DNA from: Oikopleura dioica
Taxonomy: Eukaryota > Animalia > Chordata
Direction: 5' to 3'
DNA: 64,000 bases
Assembly: GCA_907165135.1 (NCBI GenBank)
Contig: OU015567.1
Location: forward strand, 14,074,001-14,138,000
Positions 40,380 through 51,412 of the stretch are shown here, in pieces; within the stretch, counting starts at the first letter, position 1, and every line of letters starts with the position of its first letter. The position numbers were made by a program, and so were the translations under genes. Under the pieces are notes generated by a model that searched no databases, was not told where the DNA came from, and saw nothing but the letters and a program-made list of their open reading frames with translations.

Positions 40380-40718
40380 ATGGCAGTCAACCCCGATGGA
40401 ATGCCAAATCCCGTACTGCTCAAAGAGATATATAATTTTAGCAGGTATATGGATCAATTTACCGTGGCAATCAACGACCGAGTACGTTACGAGCCAGACA
40501 CAGTTCATCAGCTAGGTGCTCGCATTCCTGGTTTGATAGAGCGGCTCCTAAGAATACGAGAGATTGTTTACGAAACCGTGTGGAACACCCGTCATCCTTT
40601 TCTACGGCATCAATATCGCGAAGCGCGTGAGACTTTTGTGAAAATGTTTCTCGATGTTGATCAACTACTGTACAAACATTTTCCTGACCAAATGCGCGCC
40701 ATTTCCGAATCCAAATAG
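40380..40718 (+). CDS. Polinton hypothetical protein
   Basis: 112-aa helical ORF; probable upstream exon from 40235 and intron 40302-40349 (frame not reconciled). Confidence 0.55.
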   Translation: MAVNPDGMPNPVLLKEIYNFSRYMDQFTVAINDRVRYEPDTVHQLGARIPGLIERLLRIREIVYETVWNTRHPFLRHQYREARETFVKMFLDVDQLLYKHFPDQMRAISESK

Positions 40719-40857
40719 AATCCCATCCATCAACCTTATTCAAACACAGTGCTGACCCCTTTTCCAATTTCATGCTACCTCTTTTCAAATAAAATGCGAC
40801 CAATTTTCTTCCATTCTTACCTTTTCGACCGTCCCTAGAGAATAAAACTTTTAAAAC

Positions 40858-40995
40858 GATAAAATGATGACACGAGCATGAGCCGAAAAATAATATGTTC
40901 CGTCTACACTATTCTATTCTCTCTTTGACAACTTATAAATGATAAAATGATGACACGAGCATAAGCTGAAAAAAATATATTCCGCTTACATTATT
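40858..40995. repeat. Imperfect direct repeat (period 83 bp) between convergent genes
   Basis: GATAAAATGATGACACGAGCAT at 40858 and 40941 with similar downstream sequence. Confidence 0.8.
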
Positions 40996-41133
40996 CCTGC
41001 TATAAAATGCTGCATTATCTTCTGAACCTAGAATATTGATAATTTCATCAAATGTTAAACTAAAAGTGCTTGCAACATTTCAGTAAATTTCAAACTTTTA
41101 ACAATAAAAACAAAAATATTTTACACACAATGT

Positions 41134-41832
41134 TCATTTATTCGATTTATATTTTACAGGTTTAGATTTAAAGAAATTTTGTGGAGTATTTTCAAAGTAA
41201 TAAAACATGGACATTCCATCAATAAAGTAGTGGTTATCGTCTTTAAAGGCGTTTTGTTTAACAAGCATATCAAGATATTTGGTAGTTAGTTTGCAGGTAA
41301 AACTTGGGCAGCAATCCTCGCGCAATATCTGAACGAGATCATAGCACTCTTGAAAAATTTGAACTCCGCGAGGACCATTTTGATCATAGCGAGCGCATTT
41401 ATAAGCATATTCAAATTTATTTTTATTTTCTAGCATTTGACGCGCAATTTTTTGCAGCTGGAAATCTTTTCGTTTTACAAGCAGTTTGTGTTTATCAAAG
41501 TCTGGAAAGTAACCGGCAGGTGTATTGCGCAGGCATGTATACAAAAAAAGTTGTTTAGGGTAAATTTCATTTGCAGGATCGTCACAGAGCAGTTTTAACG
41601 CAGTTTCATCAAGAAATTCGGTTTTGAACTTGCAGCAGTTTTTTGGACATCCATCGTGTCGCAGTATTTGCAGTATATCATAACCTTTTTGATTCAAAGT
41701 GCCAAAATTACTGCCAAGATCCACACCAGTTTTGATCCATTTTTCTTCATAATTGTCGTAATCATCAAGGTAGCGAGCGGCAAGCTCTTTTAAAAACTTT
41801 GTTTTACGTTTCTTGAGCTTTTGACAATACAT
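41134..41832 (-). CDS. Polinton unknown protein, two copies of the DxxQxLxxDxCx4C domain
   Basis: YDILQILRHDGCPKNCCKF and YDLVQILREDCCPSFTCKL. Confidence 0.75.
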   Translation of the reverse strand: MYCQKLKKRKTKFLKELAARYLDDYDNYEEKWIKTGVDLGSNFGTLNQKGYDILQILRHDGCPKNCCKFKTEFLDETALKLLCDDPANEIYPKQLFLYTCLRNTPAGYFPDFDKHKLLVKRKDFQLQKIARQMLENKNKFEYAYKCARYDQNGPRGVQIFQECYDLVQILREDCCPSFTCKLTTKYLDMLVKQNAFKDDNHYFIDGMSMFYYFENTPQNFFKSKPVKYKSNK

Positions 41833-41866
41833 TCTTAAATTGAAGCAAAATCAACAACGAATACAA

Positions 41867-42244
41867 TTAGTGGAATTTTCGGCCGTCCTCAAAATACACA
41901 TGTGGTGTGCACAAGCGAGCATAGTACAGTAAATGCATGTCGTTGGCTTTTTCACTTTTCAAATCGTCGAGGGTGTAGTGCTCGCCCAAGTCGGCCAGGA
42001 CGAGATTGGACAAAATGCAAATTGGGTTTGTGCAAGAGTCGCACTCGAGCACTTGAAGCAAATCCCAGCAGCGTTGAGTGATGATGTTGCGCTGCTTTGG
42101 ATCCTTTCTGATGTTTTCTTGGACTTGGCGGCATTCGTCGACAATGTCATCAAACTTGTAGTGATTTGTGTAAATGTCCATTGCAAGTTTCATGAGTTCA
42201 AAGTCATCGTGACGCTTGAGTTTCGGCTTTTCTAGATGCTCCAT
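41867..42244 (-). CDS. Polinton unknown protein, one copy of the same domain
   Basis: WDLLQVLECDSCTNPICIL. Confidence 0.75.
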   Translation of the reverse strand: MEHLEKPKLKRHDDFELMKLAMDIYTNHYKFDDIVDECRQVQENIRKDPKQRNIITQRCWDLLQVLECDSCTNPICILSNLVLADLGEHYTLDDLKSEKANDMHLLYYARLCTPHVYFEDGRKFH

Positions 42245-42289
42245 GTGTCTATAAAGTGCTAAAATTATAATCAGAAATCAAAAATGTTT

Positions 42290-42892
42290 CTAAAATTCAA
42301 ATTCTTTTCTGCCAAATCTAAAAAACTCGGCAGGAGTGGTTTCATATACATGAAACATGTACAGATCCTCGGGAAAGCGAGCGTCTTCTGGATCCATTGA
42401 TGCAATGGTTGAACAGAGACCTGCAAGGAATTTTGTTGTAAGTTTGCAGATTGAATTGGGGCAGGTGTCGCGTAACAAAATTTGAACCATGTCGAAGCCT
42501 TCTTGGGTTAGCTGTGGCATTTTATTCTTGTCGATGGTGCTGCAATCCCTCTTTACGATATTGTCCGAAAAATGGCTATCACAGAGGTGGCGGTGAGCGA
42601 TTTCTTGGAGTTTAAATTCTTGATGATGTTGAAGGAGTTTTCGGCGTTTATCTTGTCGTGTCTTGTTTGGTTTTACAAATGGGCGTTTTCTGCTTGTTGA
42701 TTCGTCTTCTTCCTCTGTGTCTGCTTCTTCGCTACTTGTTTCGCTGCAACTGGCCTTGGCGGTGTTTTCCTCTGATTCATCTTGGTCCAACTTTGATAAT
42801 AGATTAATTTAAATTTTCAATTGTATTTTTGATACCTTTTTGTCGGGGAGCTGCTCTTTCACAGTTTCTTCAGGCGCTTTGTTAGTTTCCAT
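42290..42892 (-). CDS. Polinton unknown protein: acidic N-terminus, NLS, one copy of the same domain
   Basis: ATG 42892, intron 42791-42835, FDMVQILLRDTCPNSICKL. Confidence 0.75.
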
Positions 42893-42968
42893 GTCTACAA
42901 CTATTAGTTTTATTTTCATTTATAAAAACATTTATTCTATATGCAGAAGGAATCAACAAGGAGCAAGC

Positions 42969-43601
42969 TTAAAGTTTGGGTTTTTTTCTTGGGGTAGCTT
43001 CATCATCATCATCAACGGTTTGAGTGGCAGCGTTGTGCATGACCGGCTTTGGAGGAATGAGTGGATGTTTTGGATCTAAAGCTTCTAGAACATCTTGGAC
43101 AGGCATGTACGAGTATCGAACGCATTCTGGAGCAGATTTTTCTTCATACTCCATTTTGTCTACGTTGTACTGGCCGTCATCGTCGTCGTCACTAAAAAAA
43201 TCAGATTCTTGAGCGCGCATTTCTGCTGTTTCCCTTAGCTCTCTGCGCATTATCATGAGGTGAGGATCGTCATTTGGCGTCGAGCCGCTGTAAACAAAGT
43301 CGCGTTTGTTGATGAAAATTGGTGCAGCATCATAGTCGGCACCAAGTTGAATTTTTCTCATTAGCTTGTTGCTATATTTGAGTTTCTTTCGCTTGATTAT
43401 TGCTAAAAGAGTGGTCGCGGGGATTTGGAATTCCTCTTCGTCACCCTCGACTGTCCATAGTCGATTGTGAAGCGCAGGACGCAACCTAGGCATTTGTTCA
43501 CCTATTTTATTTTCGCATTTGGCTATAAATTCATCATGGGACAAAACAGGAGTTAGTTCGGTGAGAATATAATCGCCGTTTGCGGAAATATTGCTGGTCA
43601 T
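42969..43601 (-). CDS. Polinton hypothetical protein with C-terminal NLS-like motif
   Basis: 210-aa ORF ending PRKKPKL. Confidence 0.65.
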   Translation of the reverse strand: MTSNISANGDYILTELTPVLSHDEFIAKCENKIGEQMPRLRPALHNRLWTVEGDEEEFQIPATTLLAIIKRKKLKYSNKLMRKIQLGADYDAAPIFINKRDFVYSGSTPNDDPHLMIMRRELRETAEMRAQESDFFSDDDDDGQYNVDKMEYEEKSAPECVRYSYMPVQDVLEALDPKHPLIPPKPVMHNAATQTVDDDDEATPRKKPKL

Positions 43602-43859
43602 TTATGCTTGTCGGACTGTTGCGCGACTGTTTTATGAAAAATGCTGCAGTGCTCGAGTTTTTATCTGTTGTTTTCAGCCTTGGTGCGGAATGGTGGCGTA
43701 TTTCGCAAATTACGAAAATCTCTCGAATCTAAAATTCTAGAGAAAAATAACAAATTCTCGGAAAAATTTTTTTCTAGAACAGTCGTTGTTGTCGTCACTT
43801 TTTCCAAATTTTTGTCAGTTCGCCTTTTTCTGCAGTGGAGTGAAGACGAAAAAACGCAA

Positions 43860-44754
43860 ATGACTGTAAGTTTTATTTATAAGCTGGGGTTTTTTATAAT
43901 TTTGTTTGCGTAGCGAACACGGAGTACTACTCGGGCTACTACCCTGGCGCGAGCCATTGCCGATGCCGAGCAATTTCTTCGCAAGGCAAAACACTCGCTC
44001 AACACTGTAGTTGAGTGTTCTACTCTGCTCTCCGCCCCCGCCGCCGCCGCTGCAGCCACCACCAACGATCTTTCCTCTTCGTCTTCTTTTGATGAAGCGG
44101 TTTCCTCAGGTTCGGCTACTTCTGTATCCGATTCGGCGGTTTCCGCCGAGTCAATCGAACTCCCCCGAACCAACTTGCTCAAAAGCGGGACGAAAAAGTT
44201 GTCCACGCTTATTCGACCGTCGACTCGACGCACTCCAGCGAATGGCGATCGAACCGAGCCCCGACATCGCTCCCCTCTATGGCCGATATGTCCGATCGAC
44301 CACGAATCCCAACTCCACCACCAATCGAGCCCGAAGACGAAGGCATGGATTTGCGGGTGCCCCAGCCTAGAAACCCGGCTTTCCGACAGCCTCTTCGGGT
44401 TGAGCTCGCCGCGGAACCTGCTCCTGGAACCTGTAAGTTTTGCATCACTTTTTTTAGCGTCAATTGAAATTTTATTTAGCTCGCCAGATTCCCCTCCAGG
44501 ATTTCGAGCCGGTCTACTCGAAAAACCACAAGGACGAGATGACCGTGCAGATGGTACTTTCCATATTGGGGTACGATCTCCGCGGCTTGGAGCGCGAAGA
44601 GCTGGAAAGGCGAATCTTTGCGCTGGAGCAAGCGTTCGCCCGGCGTTATGGGCGATTTTGGTCCGATATCGTGAACGGTCGGCTCAAACTCGAGCTGCTT
44701 ACGGCTAACAACCGTAAAATGATCATCCCCGGCTTTGGTTGGAAGAAGCAATAA
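43860..44754 (+). CDS. Polinton hypothetical protein(s); frame ambiguous
   Basis: ATG 43860, introns 43866-43913 and 44433-44479. The globular-looking C-terminus (RQIPLQDFEP..GWKKQ) is in frame with ATG 44279. Confidence 0.5.
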
Positions 44755-44896
44755 AAAGGCAAACTTGTCTGCGCTATTTTTAGCTGCAAATAAAAACTTT
44801 TACTGTATTATCTGTGTATTGTGTTTTTTTTCAAGCGGTCTAAAGTGAAGTTAAATTAATAAGAGCATGCAAATTCGAGGATAGGTAGTGAGTGAT

Positions 44897-45279
44897 CTAA
44901 AATTCGTGACTTTCTATAGAGGCTTCAATGTGATGTCGGAATTTTTTGTAGCACATGTCTTCAAATTTGTCGAGAACTTGAAGAGTGCATTTTTTGAGTG
45001 GGGCAAGTTCGTGAGAATCGTCAAGTGAGGCCCAAAACGGCTTTTTAAGGATTTCGCGCATATCCTCCATTCGATGCAAAAGCTTAAAAGCGTTGTTAAT
45101 TTTATTAATAAAAGTTAATTTACCCCGGGTACTCGAACGCCGATCGGATTCAGGAATTCTACCCCTTCGTGATTACATGTATCGATTACGAGCGCTGCAA
45201 ATTGTCTAGTGTCTTTTATGTATTTGTTGATTGTGTCCAGTTCCGAGTCTGACGGGAATTCGAGCTCCTGATTTTCCAT
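44897..45279 (-). CDS. Polinton small hypothetical protein
   Basis: MENQELEFP.. joined through intron 45083-45123 to LLHRMEDMRE. Confidence 0.6.
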
Positions 45280-45534
45280 TTTGACCTAAAAAAGTGAAAT
45301 AATGGCGGCTCGCGAGCATTTATATAGCCCATTTTGATTAATCGCGAAAGTTTTTAATAATGAGCAATTGCGCGCACGTTTCTATGCCCGCATAAACAAA
45401 CTGTTCTAGAACAGTTTTAATTTTTTTAAAAAATGATTTTCGTTGATTGGGTTAGCGAGTTGCCAGCGACGGCGCTAGCGATCAATTCATTTTTACTTTT
45501 TTTTCAGAGTAAGCGAAAAATAACGCGCCCAGTT

Positions 45535-46689
45535 ATGATGCTAATTCGAGAATACAAGTACTATTTTGACAGTGTCAACGCATTTCCAGTATTTTTTACT
45601 AAAAACGATGAGAAAAATTGCCGACAAGAGTTGCTTCAGACGCTCAAGGGACAAGCGAGCTTCCGAAGAATACAAGTGATTCGCATATACATTGAATCAG
45701 TTTTTAATAGAAAAACCAATAAAATTGAGCAAAAAGTTGTCACTCGGTCGTGGCAGGAAATTGGTAAGATTAATCTACAGATTAATATTCATCTTTTCTT
45801 TAGTGGATTTTGGGCCATTTAATGCTTACCATTCGCTTGGAATCAATGCTGCTGATTGCATTTGGCCGTATTTGAATGAACCGTATTTTGGAGTTACTGG
45901 TTTCCGAGTAAGCTCGTTGAATGTTGGCTTGCGAAAAATTACCAACAAGTGCCATTTGATCCTTGAGTGCGTTCACGAATGCTTTAGCGGAAAAGCGCCA
46001 GTTAACACGATGAAAATTACTTTTCCTAATTTGAAAAAGTTTTTTAATCGTATAAATCCTGGCAATCTGGCAAAATTCCCCTTCCGCATCGTCTTTATCC
46101 TGTATATGCGCCTATGGGCAAAAGAAGTCTTCCAGAGGGATCGCCGATTTATCAACGCTGCGAGTGGTCAAGTCGATAACGAGGGCATTGATCGATATAT
46201 AATGGAAATCTTACGATCAACTGGGATCCCACATCATGAAATCGATATAACTTTAGCTCCTCGCAACAAGTTTTTGTACTACTTGACGACTTGCCGTACG
46301 ATTTACATTGGATATTTCTATCATCATCCATTTCGCCACTACCGAAAACTGCCGTTCTATGACATGTTCTTTTTTGGCAACACTGACGCTCTAAGAGAAC
46401 ACATTCGGGAGCTTGAAAAGGTTGCGCTTAGTCGCAATTACGATCTGGTAAGCGCTCCTTTGCAAATTTTTTTACTTGTTTTTAGTTTATGCCGTTTTTT
46501 ATCGAGGTAGAGCAAAAAGAAGAGCCAAAAGTGGTTGTATTCGATTACACTGTAAAAGGAGCCAAGGACGCGAACGTTGCTTTCGATCCACTGGTTGAAA
46601 TCGAAAAATACGATCTCTCTCTTTCGTCACCTAGCGCCAGCGCTGTCGCCAAACGTCTTTACGAGTACAAATTTTTTGCCGACGACTGA
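45535..46689 (+). CDS. Polinton unknown protein (paralog A)
   Basis: Three exons, introns 45764-45803 and 46448-46485; shares the PNLKxFF..WAK..DxEGxD domain with the next gene. Confidence 0.7.
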
Positions 46690-46742
46690 GTCTTTCAAAT
46701 AAACTCTTTTTTATATTTTTACATTTTGCGTTGTTATTTTCA

Positions 46743-47901
46743 ATGAAAAAAATTTTTACAATCGAGAAAAATGACCATCTGCACGAGTATAAATTTCCGT
46801 TTTTCCACCCGCATAGAAACAAGTTTTCTTCGTCTCAACCTGTTGTTTCGGTTTTCCCGGCTCGAGCGTACGATCTTATCTCTTCGAAAATTGTCTTTTT
46901 TATAAAGGACAGTGTCGACGAAGCTACAGGAAAGACAGTACAATCCGTTGTGGTTAGACAAGTTGAAGAATCCAGTGAGTAGTCTTTGTTGTCTTCACGG
47001 GCATAAGGGTTTTTTAGCCGCCGAAGGGCCGCATTTGGCAATAGATGGGACGATGAATGATGAAATTCCCAGTTACATTTCCACCAAGCACACATTGCGT
47101 CGACGAATGAGGATCGATACTGGCGACGAAGCTGAAAGCAGACCGATTAATTACGGTTTCAAAAAAATGAATGGAGGTCGAGTGTTTCGCGAATTCGAGT
47201 ACGCAAACAAAAAAGTTGTTTGCAACCAACAAAAATACGTGTATCCGAATTTAAAAGAATTTTTTCTTGGCAAAACGCTAATCGAAAATTTCTATTTTTG
47301 TGAGCACGCGATTTTTCTCTCGTACATTACGTCATGGGCAAAAGGTCTTTTACAAAACGACTCGCGCTTCTTACTCGACATGAAAACTCGCGAATACGAT
47401 CAGGAAGGCGTGGATATGGCCATTTTCGATCTGCTTGAAAGAGCAGGCATCGGCAAAGACGCTCTCGTGGTTGACAAAATGGACAAGGCAACTGTAAATG
47501 GCACCCACATTGTCGTGTCTTTTATTTTCAACGAAAAAAATTGCGGCGATATCTTTGGCGGTTATCGCCATCTTTGCGCAGAGTGGATTAAGCAGCTTGA
47601 AGCGCACCGTAAGTTTTCTTTTTCGCGACCTGCTTTTTCAAATTTCAATTTTAGCTGAATTCGAAGAATCTCACCACAAATGTCTGCAGCTCAATTTGAG
47701 AAGATACGACATCGGCGGCTGGGACGGGTTCACATATTCTGGCCAATATTATAAACGAGTTTATTTTTATCCTGCGATACCTAAAACTGGCATTTATATA
47801 CGGCCCTTTTAAGTTGTTTTTGTTATCGAAAAGCTACACGATGTGGCATTCACGACGAGGTCTGCGAAGAAATTACTGAATCCAACTGTATCTTTATGTA
47901 G
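46743..47901 (+). CDS. Polinton unknown protein (paralog B)
   Basis: Introns 46975-47017 and 47609-47654. Stops at 47812 as written, or at 47901 (..CIFM) if one T is missing in the run 47807-47810. Confidence 0.7.
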
Positions 47902-47968
47902 TTTTTACTGATTTTTATTTGTTTTTTTATAATAAAAGTTTCATGTCAAAATAATAAACAGTCGTTGA

Positions 47969-48703
47969 TTATTGAGACAGGCCAAAAATCCATGGAGCTC
48001 CACCTAAACCAGCAATTTCGCCAAAGTAATTTGTCAGGACGCGAGGTTGATCGGGATGCCAAATTTCTCTGATGAGAATTATATAGTTGTAGTTGGGGAT
48101 TCGTCTTTCTTGAAATAGTTTAACAGCTGAGTTGTAAGCATCTACAAGACCACACTTGGTCGCAATTGTCTTATTAATGCCGCAGTCTGTGTTATTAGGC
48201 ATTAATACATACGATGTCATGCAGTTTCTTTAAAATAAAAATTCAAATAAATATACAATTATTTTCACGTACCTGTAGGTGATTGCTTTTTTTGATTTTT
48301 CGTAGAAATTTTGGGCCACAAAGATAAGACTTACGCCAAGGTGCCTACGGCCATATGTTAGTAAATATTCGCACACATTGTGTTCAATGCAAGCGGACCA
48401 TAAATCATCTATTACAATTAGGCTTTTGCTGTCGGATTCTATTTGAAAAGTATCGTCAACCCATTCTTGCGAAGGGAGACCCTCGAGTAAGTATAAATGT
48501 TGATTAGAGCCAGGTTTAACGTCTATGGGTTCTAGCCTCGGCATAAAGTAATAAATGTTTTTTATATCCCCTTTTATGCCGTCGCACTCTATAATATTTT
48601 TTACGAAATTTGATTTACCTGTACCAGTGCTGCCCGCAATTAACAACGAACACGGATGCACAAAACGCACATCCGGGACGAATTTAGTTAAATGTTCAAA
48701 CAT
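47969..48703 (-). CDS. A32/FtsK-like genome packaging ATPase
   Basis: Walker A GSTGTGKS, Walker B LIVIDD, RHLGVSLIFVAQ; intron 48228-48272 restores ITYRNC. Confidence 0.92.
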
Positions 48704-49080
48704 TTAACGTAGCGGACGTTGAAGTAGCCTTCTACTTTGAAGTCGTTTTTCGCTCGTTTCGAGTTAAAGTCTGGAGGCTCGTAACCGTCGACGTAGGCGA
48801 TGATGGTCTTTTCCTCCAAGTCCTTTTTCAATTGTTCGCGAAAGTACGCGCGAATTTCCGAATTTTCTTGATCCCAGCCGAGAGCGCCAGAAATGCACCG
48901 CAACCCGATTTTTTGGTGCTTTTCAATCAGTTCTCGCCCAGAAAAGTCTTTCTCACCGTGCTTGAAGTCGACACAGTCGCCACCGGAATTGTAACGATTA
49001 CTTCCGAGTAAGGTTAACCAGGTACAATTCAACTTGATTGCAGTGCACTCTTTTTCAGCTTGTTCCTTCAGTGCTTGCAT
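48688..49080 (-). CDS. Polinton hypothetical protein
   Basis: ORF from ATG 49080, downstream of a TATA box and overlapping the ATPase start. Confidence 0.6.
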   Translation of the reverse strand: MQALKEQAEKECTAIKLNCTWLTLLGSNRYNSGGDCVDFKHGEKDFSGRELIEKHQKIGLRCISGALGWDQENSEIRAYFREQLKKDLEEKTIIAYVDGYEPPDFNSKRAKNDFKVEGYFNVRYVKCLNI

Positions 49081-49112
49081 TTTTCGTTGTGCACTGTTTC
49101 TGCTAGAAATGG

Positions 49113-49174
49113 CCTTTTTATACAAGATTTTTGGGCTGGCACTTGATGGCGCCCGCGCGTTGACTATAAAAAGC
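49113..49174. promoter_or_regulatory. Bidirectional core promoter with divergent TATA boxes
   Basis: TATAAAAAG on - (49114-49122) and on + (49165-49173) around a GC-rich GGCGCCCGCGCG, between divergent gene blocks. Confidence 0.6.
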
Positions 49175-49321
49175 GGCTACTGTAGTTATTTTGCTTATTT
49201 AAAAATTATCGTTTTCGGGATAAGCAGCTTTGGAGAAAAAGTCGACTTTTAGTTGTAAGTTTTTAAATAATTATTATTATTATTCAGTTTATTTTGGACG
49301 AATGTAAATAACCTTTTAAAG

Positions 49322-50401
49322 ATGAAGTCTGTTGATAGTAACAAAGCACCTGTAAATGGCGGCTGTTATTTTTCATTGTCTCAAATGCTTAATATTTGCT
49401 CATTTTGGGAGATTAATCCCTTAACTAATAGAGTTAGAGTCCGCGCGCCGAAAACCAAAGCTGAGCCGTATCCAGATTATGACTCCGAGGAGGAGGAAAC
49501 AGCCCGCCTGGTTGCAGGATTATGCAACAGGAGCATTCCTTACAGCAAAGATGGACGAACGAGACAGGCAAGAGGAAGAGCGACAGAAGGAGATGAGAGC
49601 GGCAGCGAAAGCGGCAGTGTCATTAGCGGCGAAGGGGCGGAGGATGAAGAAGCCTCGTATGAGCGCAAACGCACATCAACAAAACGTAAACGTAAATTCA
49701 ACGACGCCTTCAACGATGAGCAAGAGTATAGAAACGATTCCGACTACGATGAAGAACAACATGGCGACAAGCGCAGACGGAAAACAGGGCGGCTCCGCGC
49801 TGAGCACGAGCGGCATTCTCGATCGATGGACAAAGAGCATTTCAAGCAAGGTAAATCAAGCTCGTGGAAAAACGCTGGAAAAATTGCGGGACGAAAACGT
49901 AAACGATCCCCCACCGACGGCTTTACTATCACCAGCGATGATTATAGAAGATTCCGGCGTTCAGTTTATGACAACTCTAATAGGCGCAAGGAATCCCGTA
50001 ACAGGCGAGCTGAAAGTCCCTCAAGAGTTGATAGTGACCAATTATCCGAGAATGCCACCGCCCACGACTCCGAAGATGATTATGACAAACAAGAATCCAT
50101 CTCTCGCACACAAGATTCAAGAGCTGCCAGACGATACTCGCGAGAGCGATCAGTTATTGTCGAGAATCCGGCGCACAAATTTAAACGAAGACGGACCGGA
50201 GATTGGGAGTCGCCCGCTGGACGTGTCACTACCGTTAGAAAGGCCGCTTCCAAGTCTGCCCAATCCAAATTCTCTGGCAAGCGGGGTCGACCTAAAAACA
50301 TTTCAAGAGCCTCAACTCCAGAGAACGTCAAGAGCGTTCACGACGAACCCGACAGCGACGACGCAGTCCTCGATTCCGCAAGCAACTTTTGGTCCCGATA
50401 A
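49322..50401 (+). CDS. Overlapping-frame basic/acidic disordered protein with an AT-hook
   Basis: 359 codons open in an alternative frame of the integrase gene; KRKRK, KRRRK, RKRKRSP and GKRGRPK. Confidence 0.55.
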   Translation: MKSVDSNKAPVNGGCYFSLSQMLNICSFWEINPLTNRVRVRAPKTKAEPYPDYDSEEEETARLVAGLCNRSIPYSKDGRTRQARGRATEGDESGSESGSVISGEGAEDEEASYERKRTSTKRKRKFNDAFNDEQEYRNDSDYDEEQHGDKRRRKTGRLRAEHERHSRSMDKEHFKQGKSSSWKNAGKIAGRKRKRSPTDGFTITSDDYRRFRRSVYDNSNRRKESRNRRAESPSRVDSDQLSENATAHDSEDDYDKQESISRTQDSRAARRYSRERSVIVENPAHKFKRRRTGDWESPAGRVTTVRKAASKSAQSKFSGKRGRPKNISRASTPENVKSVHDEPDSDDAVLDSASNFWSR

Positions 50402-51372
50402 TGCACCCCAAAAAGCGCCCTTTACATTGGATCTTTTTTACAATAATAAGCAACCGTCTTTTTATAGTGGAATGGATATGCAAAAATTTAAACGTATGAA
50501 CGAGCCAATTTCGCTTCATCGTCCTTTAAGATCTAAATTTACTCGCAATCCAATAATCGCCACTAGTCTTTATTCGTCTTTATTCGCTGATACTATTGTT
50601 GCTTATAAAAATTATGGCTCTTTAAATAATAATTACAAGTATATTTTATGTGTAATTGACGCTCTTTCTCGTCAAAGTTTTGTTAGGAAAATGGTAAATA
50701 ATGATGCCAAAGAAACAGCATCAAACTTGCGTTCTATTTTTGAAACACTTGATCTTCCGGGGCATACTTTTTTGCTCTGATCAAGGTTCTGAATTTCAAG
50801 GAGAAGTGTCTGAGCTTTTGCGTGAGTGGGGCATGACGCGCGTATTTATGACTGGTAAACACAAGGCGTCTATGGTCGAACGTTTCAAGTAAGTAAGCAA
50901 CCGGCTATTTTTTATAATTATAAATTCTAGTCGGACGTTGGAGAGCAGATTGGAAAGGGCTTTTACAAGCCAAGGAAATGTGAAAAGATGGGTACCCATT
51001 TTAGATGATATAAATAACGCAATTAACAACACTGTACACTCTTCAATTGATATGAAACCTTCTGACGTTAACCATAGTAATGATCGATTACTTTTCGAGT
51101 ATTTAGAGAGTAAGCGTTCCAAGGAAGCGCGACAACGTAAAACAAAATTTCATGTAGGAGATATTGTTAGAATTCCTAGGCAAAATATAAAACGTTTTGA
51201 GAAAGGCTCAGTTGCCAAGTGGACTAAAGAGCTTTATCAAATTAGACAAATTCATAAGGGCGCTAGGGTTTTTACGTTTTCTGTTCATAATTCTAAAGGG
51301 GTTCTTGCAGATCGTCGTTATTATGAAAATGAATTAAATTTAGTTATCCCTTTTACTGAAGTCAAGCAATAA
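49479..51372 (+). CDS. Polinton retroviral-like (rve, DDE) integrase with a long N-terminal extension
   Basis: ADT..YKYILCVIDALSR, SDQGSEF, KASMVERFNRTL (after intron 50889-50930), HSSIDMKP, KFHVGDIVRI, WTKELYQI, YYENEL. Frameshift in the T-run 50768-50773. Confidence 0.95.
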
Positions 51373-51412
51373 TAAGCATAGCTATTTATTATCTATCAAC
51401 AGGTTAATTTAG

